Shown here piece by piece: positions 17,044-27,124 of a stretch of 64,000 nucleotides of DNA (positions are counted from its first letter, which is position 1; each line of letters begins with the position of its first letter). The stretch is from Bryobacterales bacterium (GTDB lineage Bacteria; Acidobacteriota; Terriglobia; Bryobacterales; UBA6623). The position numbers were made by a program, and so were the translations under genes. The notes under the pieces were generated by a model, which saw only the letters and a program-made list of their open reading frames with translations, had not been told where the DNA came from and searched no databases. The stretch covers positions 416,647 to 480,646 of the forward strand of contig CBDDCT010000005.1 of assembly GCA_965226185.1 (NCBI GenBank), read 5' to 3'.

Positions 17044-18189
17044 CTACCTGAAATCTTCAGCGAGTTTTCCGTCGCGCACAAGCACCCGGCCCAGCACTTC
17101 GACCGTTGCGCCGGGGAAGAAAAACCAGCGCACGAAATCACCCCTGACGAAGCCTCCGAGTTCCGTGTTGTCCCCCAGGCTCAGGCGTACGACGCCATCT
17201 CCGTATCCGAAGTAGGGCAGAATGCCGCTGCCGGCGGGCGGAGTCAGTACAGGATTGAAACCGAGCCCAAACTCGCGAAAACTCCTGGCGGCCCTGCCGC
17301 CTTCTCTTAACACCTTCTTCACCGCCCCGACGTTCTCCCGCGCCTCGGTGCTGACGAGCTGTCCGCGCCGAAACTCAAGGCGCACGTCCCGGGCTACTTG
17401 GTCACCGAAACGGGCTTCGGGGATAACGATCACGCCCTCGACACTCTCCTCGATCGGCGCCACGCGAAGAACACCGCAGGGCAGCTCAGCCTCGCGGTCG
17501 ATCCGGATCTTCGCCGAGCGCGCGCGAGTGGCCGACGCATCCCCGTCCTGTTTGTTAAACGGCCGAGTGCCCACGCGGAACTTCAAGTCCGTACCGGCTG
17601 GAGTGCGCACTCGCGCCGTTCCCAATCGCATGACATGAATCACGCGGTCTTGCGCCAGGCCGATCGCGCGGCAGTCAGCGGCCAGCGCCTGCTGGTAGAT
17701 CTGGTCGAGCTCAGGCGTGTGCTCGCCCCCCAAACCATCGGCGCGAACGCTTCCCCGCGCCCAGTGAAAATGAACTTGCCGCCGCCGCGCCCCCTTGTCC
17801 AGCCACTCGCGCAGCGCCGCTGTCTCGGCTGCCGGAGTGCCGCGCACGCCAACTTGCTCGGGCAGCCAGATGTAAACATCCGCCCTCTCGAGCAACTTCT
17901 CGAAGGTTTGCTTCCCCGCTGAATTCGCGCCCTGGGCGAAGCCGAGAGGCAGATACTGCAGCTCGATGATTTCGCCGGCTCCGGCTTTCAGCAGCCGCTG
18001 GCGCAACGGAGCCACGAGTTCCCTGAAATAGACCGGATCGGATCGCAGTATGACTACTTCACCCGGCCGCAACTTGAGGGCCCCGACAATCCGATCGGCC
18101 ATCGCTGGATAGTCGAGAGCAGGGGCTGCCTGCGGGAAACAGAACGGTGGGGCCGACAGAACAAATACCGCAAACAACAAGAGAACCAT
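17044..18189 (-). CDS. Peptidase M29-like (thermophilic metalloprotease fold) exported protein, metal ligands degenerate
   Basis: Signal peptide, TPAGTDLKF, ELPCGVL..APIEESVEG, REFGLGFNP and LSLGDN. Confidence 0.75.
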   Translation of the reverse strand: MVLLLFAVFVLSAPPFCFPQAAPALDYPAMADRIVGALKLRPGEVVILRSDPVYFRELVAPLRQRLLKAGAGEIIELQYLPLGFAQGANSAGKQTFEKLLERADVYIWLPEQVGVRGTPAAETAALREWLDKGARRRQVHFHWARGSVRADGLGGEHTPELDQIYQQALAADCRAIGLAQDRVIHVMRLGTARVRTPAGTDLKFRVGTRPFNKQDGDASATRARSAKIRIDREAELPCGVLRVAPIEESVEGVIVIPEARFGDQVARDVRLEFRRGQLVSTEARENVGAVKKVLREGGRAARSFREFGLGFNPVLTPPAGSGILPYFGYGDGVVRLSLGDNTELGGFVRGDFVRWFFFPGATVEVLGRVLVRDGKLAEDFR

Positions 18190-18528
18190 CAGACGAGAGT
18201 AGTACGGTTGTAAATGCACAGCGATGATTCTACCGCGCCTAACTACTTTCCGGCGCAAAAAGGAGCGCTCCGGTCAGCTCGATAGAGGGGTTGGCTGGCG
18301 GGCAAGCTGCCGCGACACCGAATAGATTTAGGATCTTGAGCGCGTGACGAAGCGTTACAATGACTGTCCGATGGGTTTCGGCGGCGCCACGCTCGTACGG
18401 CTCGGTCACTATGAATCCCTTTTCACAATCTGCACGGTTGACGGCGCCGATTTCGAGACCTGTCGTATCAGTGGGAAACGCAAGTTCCGACATTTCCCGG
18501 CATCGTGCCCGGGTACTAGTTCGCTGCC

Positions 18529-20463
18529 GTGAAGGCGACAAAGGCGGTTATTATGCGAGGTCTTCCATCTCAAATCGGTGAACTTATTTCGCGCCGGCGT
18601 CCTTTGCTGATTCTATGTCTTTGGCCGGCTCTGTTTAGTTGCGGCTCTGCGCCTCCCGAGCAGCTGGCGGCAGGCCTTGCGATCACTCACGGGCCCATTC
18701 TCGGTCGCCTCGCTGACGGCCACGTCGGCGTCTGGGCGCGGACCGCGCGTCCCGGCGAATTCCGGGTCTTCTACGGCACAAGCCCCGGCAACCTCTCGTC
18801 CGAGTCAGCGCCGGCCGGGACGAGTTTGGATCACGACAATACCGGGTGGGTTTTGATCGAAGGGCTGGAATCGAACACCAAGTACTACTACGAGGTCACG
18901 GCGGACGCCCGTCCGTCCGGCGTCGATCGGCTGCGCGGTCATTTTCATACGCTTCCCAAAGCAGCGGACTTCGCCGACCCCGAACACAACCCCAAAGGCC
19001 TCTTCAACTTTCGGTTCGAGTTCGCCTGTGGCAACAACCAGAAAACCATGGGCGGCGGCGCCTACGGGCCTGAGCTGCCTACCTACGCCACGATGCTCGA
19101 CCGCCTCGTGCGTGACGATGAACCCAGCAAGGTCGACTTCGCGATTCTCAACGGCGACTGGCTATACGAAGAAAAACGCGACTACACGGGCGAGGAATGG
19201 CGCGAGCAGGTCGGCATCACCGAAGCGCAAACGCCGCGGGTCATCCGTCTGATGCCGAATGTCGTCGGGGTTTGGGAGAACTACAAGATCTTCTTGAGCC
19301 GCGGCAAGAACCTGGCGGACTGGCACCGCTACGTTCCGTCCTATTACACGTTTGACGATCACGAGCTGCTGAGCGACGTCTACGGCGCGGGCGAGGTCGG
19401 ACGCCGCAACTGGAAGTCGGTTTTCCGCGACCCGGCAACCTTGGCCTGGTACGACTATCTGGGCTGGAGCAACGAGGTTCCTCCGACGCAAGACATCCTG
19501 TATGGGCGCTCGGAGTTGAAGGCAGGCAGTGACGTCCTGACCGACTCCGAGGCAAGCTTCTCGAAACTCAACCTGGAGCAGTCCCTCACCCTGCACGTTC
19601 ATTGGGGATCCCCCGAAGGCGCCCGTCCCTCGGGTGTCGCCGACGAGACGGGTGATCCCAACTCGCGCGTCTACGAGATTGTCGAAGTGCTGGACGACCG
19701 TCGCTTGCGGATACGGCCCGCCGCTGTCGCCGACGGGGAGGCGACCTATTCGATCGGCCGCGTCTCCTACTTCAAGAAACGGGTCAGCAACGTCGACCTG
19801 TTTTTCGTCGACACGCGCTCCAGCCGCGAGATGCACGACGTCACCAAGCCCGCCCAAAAGGGTCTCTCGATGCTCGGCAAACGCCAGACCCGCTGGCTGA
19901 AGCAAGAGATGGAGTCCAGCGACGCGGACTTCTTCTTCGTGGTTTCCTCGGTCAACTTCACGATCCCGCACATCGGGGGGAATAAAGGCAGCGGCGGGGG
20001 AAACCCCAACAAAGACGACGCCTGGACGGTCTTCCTGGATGAACGCGAGGAGTTGATCAACTTCTGGGATTCGCTCGGCAAGCCTGTGTTCGTGCTCACC
20101 GGCGACCTGCACAACAGCTTCGCGATCAAGGTGACAGACCATGTTTGGGAGTTCGCTTCGGGACCGCATAACTCCGTGCAGCACCCGCTCTCTAGCGAAG
20201 GCGGCCGTCCGCCGAACGGGCCTTATGAATACAACGGACGCAAAGTCGATATCCGCTGGTCGAGCTTCGTGCTTCCCGATACGCCGGTCGAGCTGCGCAA
20301 CCGCGTGATCTACTGCGTGGTGCAAATCAGCAACGTCTTTTCGAACCCGAACGAGCCGGGTAAGCCGCGCTGGGTGCCGTATCCGCGGCCCCAAGCGACA
20401 TTTCAGTATTACGACGGCCTCACCGGCGATTTGCTCTACGCCGAGTCGATCTTGGCCCGGTAG
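18529..20463 (+). CDS. phoD: Alkaline phosphatase D family protein, probable lipoprotein
   Basis: HGPILG purple-acid-phosphatase N-domain, GDWLYE, FDDHE, DTRS, MLGKRQ, DAW and LTGDLH. Lipobox-like LFSC. Start uncertain. Confidence 0.85.
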   Translation: MKATKAVIMRGLPSQIGELISRRRPLLILCLWPALFSCGSAPPEQLAAGLAITHGPILGRLADGHVGVWARTARPGEFRVFYGTSPGNLSSESAPAGTSLDHDNTGWVLIEGLESNTKYYYEVTADARPSGVDRLRGHFHTLPKAADFADPEHNPKGLFNFRFEFACGNNQKTMGGGAYGPELPTYATMLDRLVRDDEPSKVDFAILNGDWLYEEKRDYTGEEWREQVGITEAQTPRVIRLMPNVVGVWENYKIFLSRGKNLADWHRYVPSYYTFDDHELLSDVYGAGEVGRRNWKSVFRDPATLAWYDYLGWSNEVPPTQDILYGRSELKAGSDVLTDSEASFSKLNLEQSLTLHVHWGSPEGARPSGVADETGDPNSRVYEIVEVLDDRRLRIRPAAVADGEATYSIGRVSYFKKRVSNVDLFFVDTRSSREMHDVTKPAQKGLSMLGKRQTRWLKQEMESSDADFFFVVSSVNFTIPHIGGNKGSGGGNPNKDDAWTVFLDEREELINFWDSLGKPVFVLTGDLHNSFAIKVTDHVWEFASGPHNSVQHPLSSEGGRPPNGPYEYNGRKVDIRWSSFVLPDTPVELRNRVIYCVVQISNVFSNPNEPGKPRWVPYPRPQATFQYYDGLTGDLLYAESILAR

Positions 20464-21043
20464 CGAAAGGTTCGGCGAGGGGGGCGCGTGAACTGGTTTC
20501 TTTTGCGGCGCCATGGCGCCAAGTGGCCGGTATGGTGGCCGGAACCGCAAGACACCCCATCTCGGTCACGGATATTTAATAAATATAACCACTTTGTTTT
20601 CAACAGACTTTCCCAGCGGACAAGCTGCAAGGAATCCCCCGATCGGCCTGCTATCCTAAGAGCGACAAAACCAACAATGACTCATTCGCAATACAGAGGA
20701 ACAGGACAACCAGTCGACAACATCGGCGGGACCAAAAAGCCCAAAGTCTATCAGATCCTAACAAATACTCTCATTGAAAAATATCAGCCCTTATGAATGA
20801 ACAACTTACAACCGGTTAGCACGGGGCCATTGAAGCTCTTTTGCTGGCGAATAAGGGCGTTATGGGGCCAAAAGAGGCGAATGTGAGAGAAATATCCATT
20901 GATCGCTGGATGCAACAAGAAAGCTGCCAGACGGCCCTAACGAACAGCCCGTGGCCGAACTGTGTGCGGGCGAAAACGGGGGGCGGCCGCCCGAAGTCGT
21001 TAAGTGAACAGCATTGGGCTTACTGATGCTCGCGAAATACGGT

Positions 21044-21068
21044 GTAGGGGCGCAGCGTGCTGCGCCCG
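21044..21068 (+). repeat. GTAG-type REP, family B
   Basis: GTAGGGGCGCAGCGTGCTGCGCCCG; an identical-type copy is inverted at 28280-28304. Confidence 0.85.
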
Positions 21069-21138
21069 CGCCGGCAAGGCATGCGCTGTATCCGAAAACA
21101 ACGCTATATTCTGCGAGTATCAATAGATCGTAGAATCA

Positions 21139-22215
21139 ATGAGGCGAGTCAAGATGAGGTACGGAGATTCGGTCCGATCAGCAATGGCTTTGATTCGGAT
21201 CGCGCTGATCGCGTCCGCGCTGCCAGGCGCCGGCGCGGCGACCCATCGCGTGATCTTCGACACGGACTTCCTGATGCCTCCACAGGACGATGGAAGCGCC
21301 CTGGTGCTGGCGCTGAACTCGCCCGGCGAGATTGAAGTTGTTGGCGTAACGATCGTCGCGGGCAACCACAACCTAGAAACCGAATCCGCGCACGCGCTTC
21401 GGATGCTGGAGATCATGGGGCGCGAGGACATTCCGGTCTACGCTGGAGCCGCCAAGCCCCTCGAGCATAAAAAGAGCGACTACGCGACCATCGGATGGGG
21501 CAAATGGTGGCTGGCCGATCCGCCCGAGGAACCCACCGGCGGTTTTGCCAGCAGGAAGAAGCTAGAGGACGCCGGTGCGGTGGATTTCATCGTCAAGACG
21601 GTGATCGAGAACCCGGGTGAAATCACCATCTTGGCCGTGGGGCCGTTGACCAACATCGCCCTGGCGATTCGCCGGGAGCCGCGCTTCGCCGCCAGCGTGA
21701 AGCGGATGGTGATCATGGGCGGCGCGATCGCGAGGCTTCCCAACGGAGCGGGTAATCAAACGCCGAACGCCGAATTTAACTTCTGGGTGGACCCGGAAGC
21801 CGCCAAGGTCGTGCTGCGTTCGGGGATACCGACGACCCTCTCGCTGCTGAACGTCGCCGCCAAGGCCCGCTTCACCCGCGAGTGGCACAAGAAACTGTTG
21901 AGCGCCGACACTCCGGTAACGCGCCTCATCAAGCAGCGGCTCGCCGGGCGCGACCGTCCCATGAGCTTTCCCCGCATGATGTGGGACCAGCTAGCCACGG
22001 CGACGCTGATCGACCCGACACTGTTCAAGATGAAGGAGCTTTACGTGGACGTGGATACCAACCGGGGCATCAACTACGGCGTTTCCGTGGGCAGCGAAAA
22101 GATCTGGCCCGAAGCGGAGGGAGCGCGGAAGATGCAGGTAGAGTATGACGTCGATGCCGAGCGATTCAATCGGATCTACGTGGAACGCATGACCCGGACC
22201 AGGCGGGCCGAATAG
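21139..22215 (+). CDS. Inosine-uridine-preferring nucleoside hydrolase, exported
   Basis: IFDTD...QDDG, GPLTNIA, IMGG, AEFNFWVDPEAA. Signal peptide; start probably 21154 or 21184. Confidence 0.92.
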   Translation: MRRVKMRYGDSVRSAMALIRIALIASALPGAGAATHRVIFDTDFLMPPQDDGSALVLALNSPGEIEVVGVTIVAGNHNLETESAHALRMLEIMGREDIPVYAGAAKPLEHKKSDYATIGWGKWWLADPPEEPTGGFASRKKLEDAGAVDFIVKTVIENPGEITILAVGPLTNIALAIRREPRFAASVKRMVIMGGAIARLPNGAGNQTPNAEFNFWVDPEAAKVVLRSGIPTTLSLLNVAAKARFTREWHKKLLSADTPVTRLIKQRLAGRDRPMSFPRMMWDQLATATLIDPTLFKMKELYVDVDTNRGINYGVSVGSEKIWPEAEGARKMQVEYDVDAERFNRIYVERMTRTRRAE

Positions 22216-22682
22216 GGCGGCAGCAGAGTATCTGTGCTCTTAGCTGACGCTGCGGGGGGCCCCGCAGACTTCGAGACGATCCGCATCGCCTGTTAGCCTG
22301 CCGAGGACCACGAGGCGCTGCTGGAGGGGCCGTGGATTGCCCACCAACAACTGCCGCTTTTTAGGATTATCGGAAGCGAGGCCAGTCTCAAAACGCACTT
22401 CTCCAAGGTCGGGCGTCAACCAGGCTGGGTGGATTGTTTGCGTGTGGGCGACCATATTCCGACGGGGGGACGGAACGATGCCAACGGGTCGGGGTCGCCA
22501 CATCTACGGATAGGGCGTGACACGTCCAAGTGGGCGCACCGTCAAGACACACACTTCCCAGAAAACCGTTTGGGGCCAACTTCCGAACCGACGATCCGGA
22601 CGGAACCTGCGCAAAGAACTGCTCCTGGATACAAAAAGGATTTAAGGACAAGCCGCGGTCGTCGTGCTCAGAAGATCGGAAT

Positions 22683-23117
22683 TCAGACCAGAGCACCAAG
22701 CTGGCGGAGTATGGTTGCGTTATCAAAATACACCTTCTCGCATACCAGATCGCTTCCCTCAAAGACGAAGATGAGGACACACTCCACCTGCACCTCTTTT
22801 CCAGTCGGTGCGACTCCTGCCCAAACACCGCGTTGCGTGCCTCCAAACTTGGCCTCCACAATCACCGCGTCGTCCGCATGGTGCAAGGCTAGTTGCCGAA
22901 CCCACAGATCAGGGAACGCAGTCAGTACTTGTTCCACAAATGCGTGCACACCTTCCGCACCGTCGACTATCGCTCCCACGGCCGGGACCTCATAGCGCGG
23001 CTTAGAGAATGTTGCCACCGTCGCGGCGACATTGTGGTCCACTGCTTCCGCTTGCAAATGCGCTTTCACTACGGCTTCCCGATGCATCCTCACGTCTGAA
23101 ACTGATGCTGTCGCCAT
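22683..23117 (-). CDS. SnoaL-like ester cyclase (NTF2 fold)
   Basis: AFPDL, GTQRGVWAGVAPTGKEV, CEKVYFD; GGAGG RBS. Confidence 0.9.
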   Translation of the reverse strand: MATASVSDVRMHREAVVKAHLQAEAVDHNVAATVATFSKPRYEVPAVGAIVDGAEGVHAFVEQVLTAFPDLWVRQLALHHADDAVIVEAKFGGTQRGVWAGVAPTGKEVQVECVLIFVFEGSDLVCEKVYFDNATILRQLGALV

Positions 23118-23300
23118 TGCCCCTCCAGCCCTACGAACTTACCACAGTTGGTGCCTTCGCCGTGAGTAGATCGGGCAGTCGAGGTCAGAAGATTTTTCGC
23201 CAATTTATCGTCGGGCCGCCGCAGATATGTGTTCGACCGTTCCGGCCGGATTCCGGCCAATCCGGAGACTATCAGCCGAACAGGGCCGCTACGGCGATTC

Positions 23301-24236
23301 TCACTCGGCGGTCTTGCGATGCCTCAGCCGGTCGAGTGTCACCGCCGCGACGATGATCGAACCGGTCAGCACGTCTTGGACCCAGTTCGGTACTCCTTTC
23401 ATGCTGAGCCCGTTGCGGATGACCGCCATCAGCATGGCGCCCGCCACCGACCCGAGAACGCTGCCTTCGCCTCCTTGCAGGCTGCCGCCGCCGATGACCA
23501 CGGCCGCGATGATGTCTAGTTCCATGCCGCGGGCTGCTGTCGGGTCTCCTACGGTCAGGCGGCTGAACTGCATCAATCCGGCGACACCGGTCAGCAAGCC
23601 GCTCAGCGTGTATACGTAGAGTTTCATGCGCTCGACGCGGACTCCGCAGAGCCGGGCCGTGTTTTCGTTCGACCCAATGGCGAAGATGTACCGGCCCAGG
23701 ACCGTGTTGCGCAACATCAGCGCCACCACGATGGCTAGCAAGAGCGTCAACCACACTCCCGGCGCCACGATCAGCCAGGGCGGATCAGGAAACTTCGCCA
23801 GCATTTCGTTGAGCCAGGTGATGGGCGCATCGATTTTTTGTTCGCGGGCTACACCTGTCGCGATGCCGCGGTAGACCAGCAGGGTGCCCAAGGTGATGAT
23901 GAAGGGAACGAGCTTGAGCCGGGTGATCAGCAAGCCGTTGAGCATGCCGCAGCAACCGCCCATGGCGATCCCCGCGATAGCCGCGATAGCCGGCGACACG
24001 CCGGCTTCGAGCAGCCGAGCGATTACGACTGTCGACAGCGCAATCATCGACCCGACACTAAGATCGATTCCGCCCGAGATGATGATCAGCGTCATCCCCA
24101 ATGCGCCCGCCGTCACAATCACACTCTGCGTCAGAACCGTAACCCGGTTGAAACCCGAAATAAAAGGCTCGCCGGCCCAGACGACGAAGAAAAGATAAAC
24201 GGCGATCAGGCCGACGAGGGGGCCGAGGTTTTTCAC
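23301..24236 (-). CDS. Sugar ABC transporter permease (RbsC-like)
   Basis: GGIDLSVGS, PFIITLGT, GRYIFAIGSNENTARLCG, ELDIIAAVVIGG. Confidence 0.93.
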   Translation of the reverse strand: MKNLGPLVGLIAVYLFFVVWAGEPFISGFNRVTVLTQSVIVTAGALGMTLIIISGGIDLSVGSMIALSTVVIARLLEAGVSPAIAAIAGIAMGGCCGMLNGLLITRLKLVPFIITLGTLLVYRGIATGVAREQKIDAPITWLNEMLAKFPDPPWLIVAPGVWLTLLLAIVVALMLRNTVLGRYIFAIGSNENTARLCGVRVERMKLYVYTLSGLLTGVAGLMQFSRLTVGDPTAARGMELDIIAAVVIGGGSLQGGEGSVLGSVAGAMLMAVIRNGLSMKGVPNWVQDVLTGSIIVAAVTLDRLRHRKTAE

Positions 24237-24335
24237 GGCCGGACCTCGGAGGAGGAGTCGTGGGCCGTGAAGCAGGAGTTCGGCAATCGCGGAAGATCGC
24301 AAGCCGCCAACGAGCCACATGTCACGTTCACGACC

Positions 24336-25265
24336 TCAACCAACCTTCTCCCACGCGGTTCCTTCGTGGCCGAAGTGGAAAGTCCCGGGATGCAAGATCT
24401 CCGCCAGGATCTCGAGGGATTCCACAAGCCTCGGGCCGGGCCGGTTGAAATACTGGTTGCCGTCGGCGATGTAGACGGCGCCATCCCGGACCGCTTTCAG
24501 GTCATTCCACCCCGATTGAGCTTCGAGCAACGGAAGATCCTGCCGCGTGCGGGGCATATCGTAGCCGCAGGGGGAAATGAAGAGGACATCCGGGTCGGCT
24601 AGAGCAAGTTCCTCGAACTTCATCCACGGTGAATGTTTCCCCGGCTCGCCGAAGAGATTCTCGCCTCCCGCCATCTGGACCAGCTCCGGCATCCAGTTGC
24701 CCGCCGCCATCAGCGGGTCGGCCCATTCAATACAAGCGACACGAGGCGTTGCGCGCAAAGGGCGCGCCCGTGCCTCGATCTCCTGGACTCGCGCTTGCAA
24801 GTTCGCCACGAGACGGACCCCGGCCCGCGTCATACCGAGCCCCGAAGCGAGGCGGCAGATGTCGGCCCAAAAATCGGCCATCGAGTTTGGTTGCAGGGAA
24901 ATAATCGTTGCTTGGCACTCGGCTACTTCCGCGACCGCCCTCTCAACGTCCCGCAAGCTGACCGCACAGACTTCGCATTGCGCTTGGGTGACGATGTGAG
25001 TCGGCTGAAGCTCGCGCAGCCGATCCGGAAACACTTCGTAAACGCCCAGGGCGTCCTTAACGAGGGATTCCCGTTGCAGCGATTTCACCCGCTCGTCAAT
25101 TTCCCGGCTGCTTCCCGAAACGTCGAACCTCGGCTTGGTGCAAACCGGCAACCGGCTGACCCGCGGCGGATAGTCGCATTCGTGCGAGCGGCCAACAAGG
25201 AACTCCTCCAGCCCCAGGGCGCAGATGGTCTCGGTCGAGCTGGCAATTAGCGAGATGATTCGCAC
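24336..25265 (-). CDS. BtuF-like cobalamin/iron-siderophore binding protein (no signal peptide visible)
   Basis: RIISLIASSTE, VGRSHECDYP, CIEWADPLMAAGNWMPE, FNRPGPRLVES. Confidence 0.88.
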   Translation of the reverse strand: MRIISLIASSTETICALGLEEFLVGRSHECDYPPRVSRLPVCTKPRFDVSGSSREIDERVKSLQRESLVKDALGVYEVFPDRLRELQPTHIVTQAQCEVCAVSLRDVERAVAEVAECQATIISLQPNSMADFWADICRLASGLGMTRAGVRLVANLQARVQEIEARARPLRATPRVACIEWADPLMAAGNWMPELVQMAGGENLFGEPGKHSPWMKFEELALADPDVLFISPCGYDMPRTRQDLPLLEAQSGWNDLKAVRDGAVYIADGNQYFNRPGPRLVESLEILAEILHPGTFHFGHEGTAWEKVG

Positions 25266-25365
25266 TCTGTTGCTCCGTTTTTTTCGTGTCCCCGTCGCCC
25301 GGGAAACCCGCTGAGGCGCCATTCGCGCGAGCGGCGACAAGGAACTCTTCCAACCCGTTCGTGAC

Positions 25366-25881
25366 TCAGCCGGCGGACGGGGAAGCTGTCTCGCCGCGGA
25401 AAAGATCCATCTGATCCTCGGGAGTCTCTTTGGGCTTCCGCTTCGGCCGGCGAACGGGACTTCCGATCACACCGAGCACCGTCAGTTCTCGCACTGCCGC
25501 TCGCGGGACGAAGACCCTCCGCGCGTTGGCGTTCGGATCGGGCGGCGTCGCCGTCACACCCTGTTCTTCGACTAGCAGCAGGTTGTTGGGCAGGATCCCT
25601 TCCAAGATCTCACCGTCGCGAAATGTGAATCGGACCCAAAGCCCCCCCTGCTTGGGACGCGTGGCGAACACGGTCTTCTGTTTGGCTTCGGCATCGCGCG
25701 CGAATTCTCGAACGAAATACACGCCTTTGACTTCGGCGTAGGGGATCAGCAGCACCTGTGCCGAGCGATCGAGAACCTCGATGCCATCGGGACGCAAGTA
25801 CGTCTGAGGGCTGGCGTATCCGTGTACGGTGGCAGCGTCGAATCGCCGGACGTAGACCTTCTTTGTGGTGGAGGCAGACAA
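25366..25881 (-). CDS. Conserved hypothetical protein (DUF6982-like) divergent from xerD
   Basis: VKGVYFVREF, GLWVRFTFRDGEILEG, PPDPNANARRVFVPR, C-terminal QMDLF. Family name recalled, not searched. Confidence 0.7.
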   Translation of the reverse strand: MSASTTKKVYVRRFDAATVHGYASPQTYLRPDGIEVLDRSAQVLLIPYAEVKGVYFVREFARDAEAKQKTVFATRPKQGGLWVRFTFRDGEILEGILPNNLLLVEEQGVTATPPDPNANARRVFVPRAAVRELTVLGVIGSPVRRPKRKPKETPEDQMDLFRGETASPSAG

Positions 25882-25992
25882 AGCGGATGGCCCGAATTAC
25901 GAGTCCTCTGGCCGGTATGCTAATATGCCCTCAGACGCGGTGTCAAGCTCGACACTTACGATAAGTCATTGATATCTAAGGTGTTGGTCTGA

Positions 25993-26880
25993 GTGTCCCA
26001 AACCGTAATTCAAGAGTATATCGATTACTGCCGGGTGGAAAAAGGGCTTTCCGCTAATACACTGTCGGCCTATCGGCGCGACCTTCGGCGGCTGGCTGCA
26101 TTCTGCGAGAAACAGCCGCGCTCGCTGCTAGAGGCCGGGGGAGAAGACCTCCAAGGGTTCCTCGACTTTCTCTATCAAGACAAGTTGAGCAGCCGCTCGA
26201 TTGCCCGCTACGTTGCCAGCATCCGAAACTTCTACCTGTATCAATTGCGGCAAGAGCGCATTGCGGCTGATCCCACCGTCGATATTCGTTCACCAAAACA
26301 ATGGAAGCAGTTGCCGAAGTTTCTTTCTTTGGAAGAAGTCGATCAGCTACTCGATGCGCCCGATCCGGCCACGCCGAGGGGCGCTCGCGACCGTGCCATG
26401 CTGCAGTTGCTGTATGCGGCGGGGCTGCGGGTTTCCGAGCTGGTTGGAATTCAGCTCGCACAGCTCAACTCGCAGCTCGGAGTACTGAGAGTCACCGGCA
26501 AGGGAGACAAGCAGAGGATGGTGCCGGTAGGCAAGGTTGCGCTGGAGGCCATCGAGACCTATCTGGAGCATGACCGTCCGCGGATTCTCAAGTGCCGGCA
26601 TTCTCGCTACCTATTCGTGACTGCCCGCGGAACATTGCTCACCCGCCAGGCGTTCTGGAAGCTGCTGAAGAACTATGGCCTACAGGCCCAGATCATGAAG
26701 AGCTTAACGCCTCACGTGCTGCGGCACAGCTTCGCGACGCATCTGCTCGAGCGGGGCGCCGACCTGCGCAGCCTGCAATTGATGCTTGGGCACGCCGACA
26801 TCTCGACAACCCAGATCTACACCCACGTCATGCGAGAGCGCCTGCGGAAGGTATACGACGAGCACCATCCCAGAAGCTAA
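25993..26880 (+). CDS. xerD: Site-specific tyrosine recombinase XerD
   Basis: [69 protein letters not shown]. Confidence 0.96.
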   Translation: MSQTVIQEYIDYCRVEKGLSANTLSAYRRDLRRLAAFCEKQPRSLLEAGGEDLQGFLDFLYQDKLSSRSIARYVASIRNFYLYQLRQERIAADPTVDIRSPKQWKQLPKFLSLEEVDQLLDAPDPATPRGARDRAMLQLLYAAGLRVSELVGIQLAQLNSQLGVLRVTGKGDKQRMVPVGKVALEAIETYLEHDRPRILKCRHSRYLFVTARGTLLTRQAFWKLLKNYGLQAQIMKSLTPHVLRHSFATHLLERGADLRSLQLMLGHADISTTQIYTHVMRERLRKVYDEHHPRS

Positions 26881-26925
26881 TCGAGAGTTTCCGACACGTC
26901 GGCTGCGAACACCTCAAAAAAAGTG

Positions 26926-26954
26926 TTGACAAACAGCAAGTACGTGTATATACT
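26926..26954 (+). promoter_or_regulatory. Near-consensus sigma70 promoter with overlapping operator
   Basis: TTGACA, 17 bp, TATACT. TACGTGTATATAC overlaps the -10 box, and an inverted sister site GTGTAATTACACGTA lies at 27062-27076. Confidence 0.8.
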
Positions 26955-27124
26955 CCTATTAAATGTTTGGCAACAGCGAGCACGGGGAACTTACGGGAGG
27001 GGCGCGGTCAGCGCCCCCATCCAATCGCCACGGCTAGCTGAGCAAACTTTGGCCTCAATAAGTGTAATTACACGTAACAGCCATCAAAGAGGGAGAATCC
27101 CACTGACCAACAGAGGAGATGAAC

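Noticed and set aside
19162-20550. 462-aa antisense ORF, and similar ones at 38099-39502 and 9480-10334
   Set aside because: Shadow ORFs opposite well-supported genes in GC-rich DNA, with no motifs.
22216-22682. Possible pseudogene or ncRNA
   Set aside because: No recognisable motif, RBS or convincing structure in any frame.
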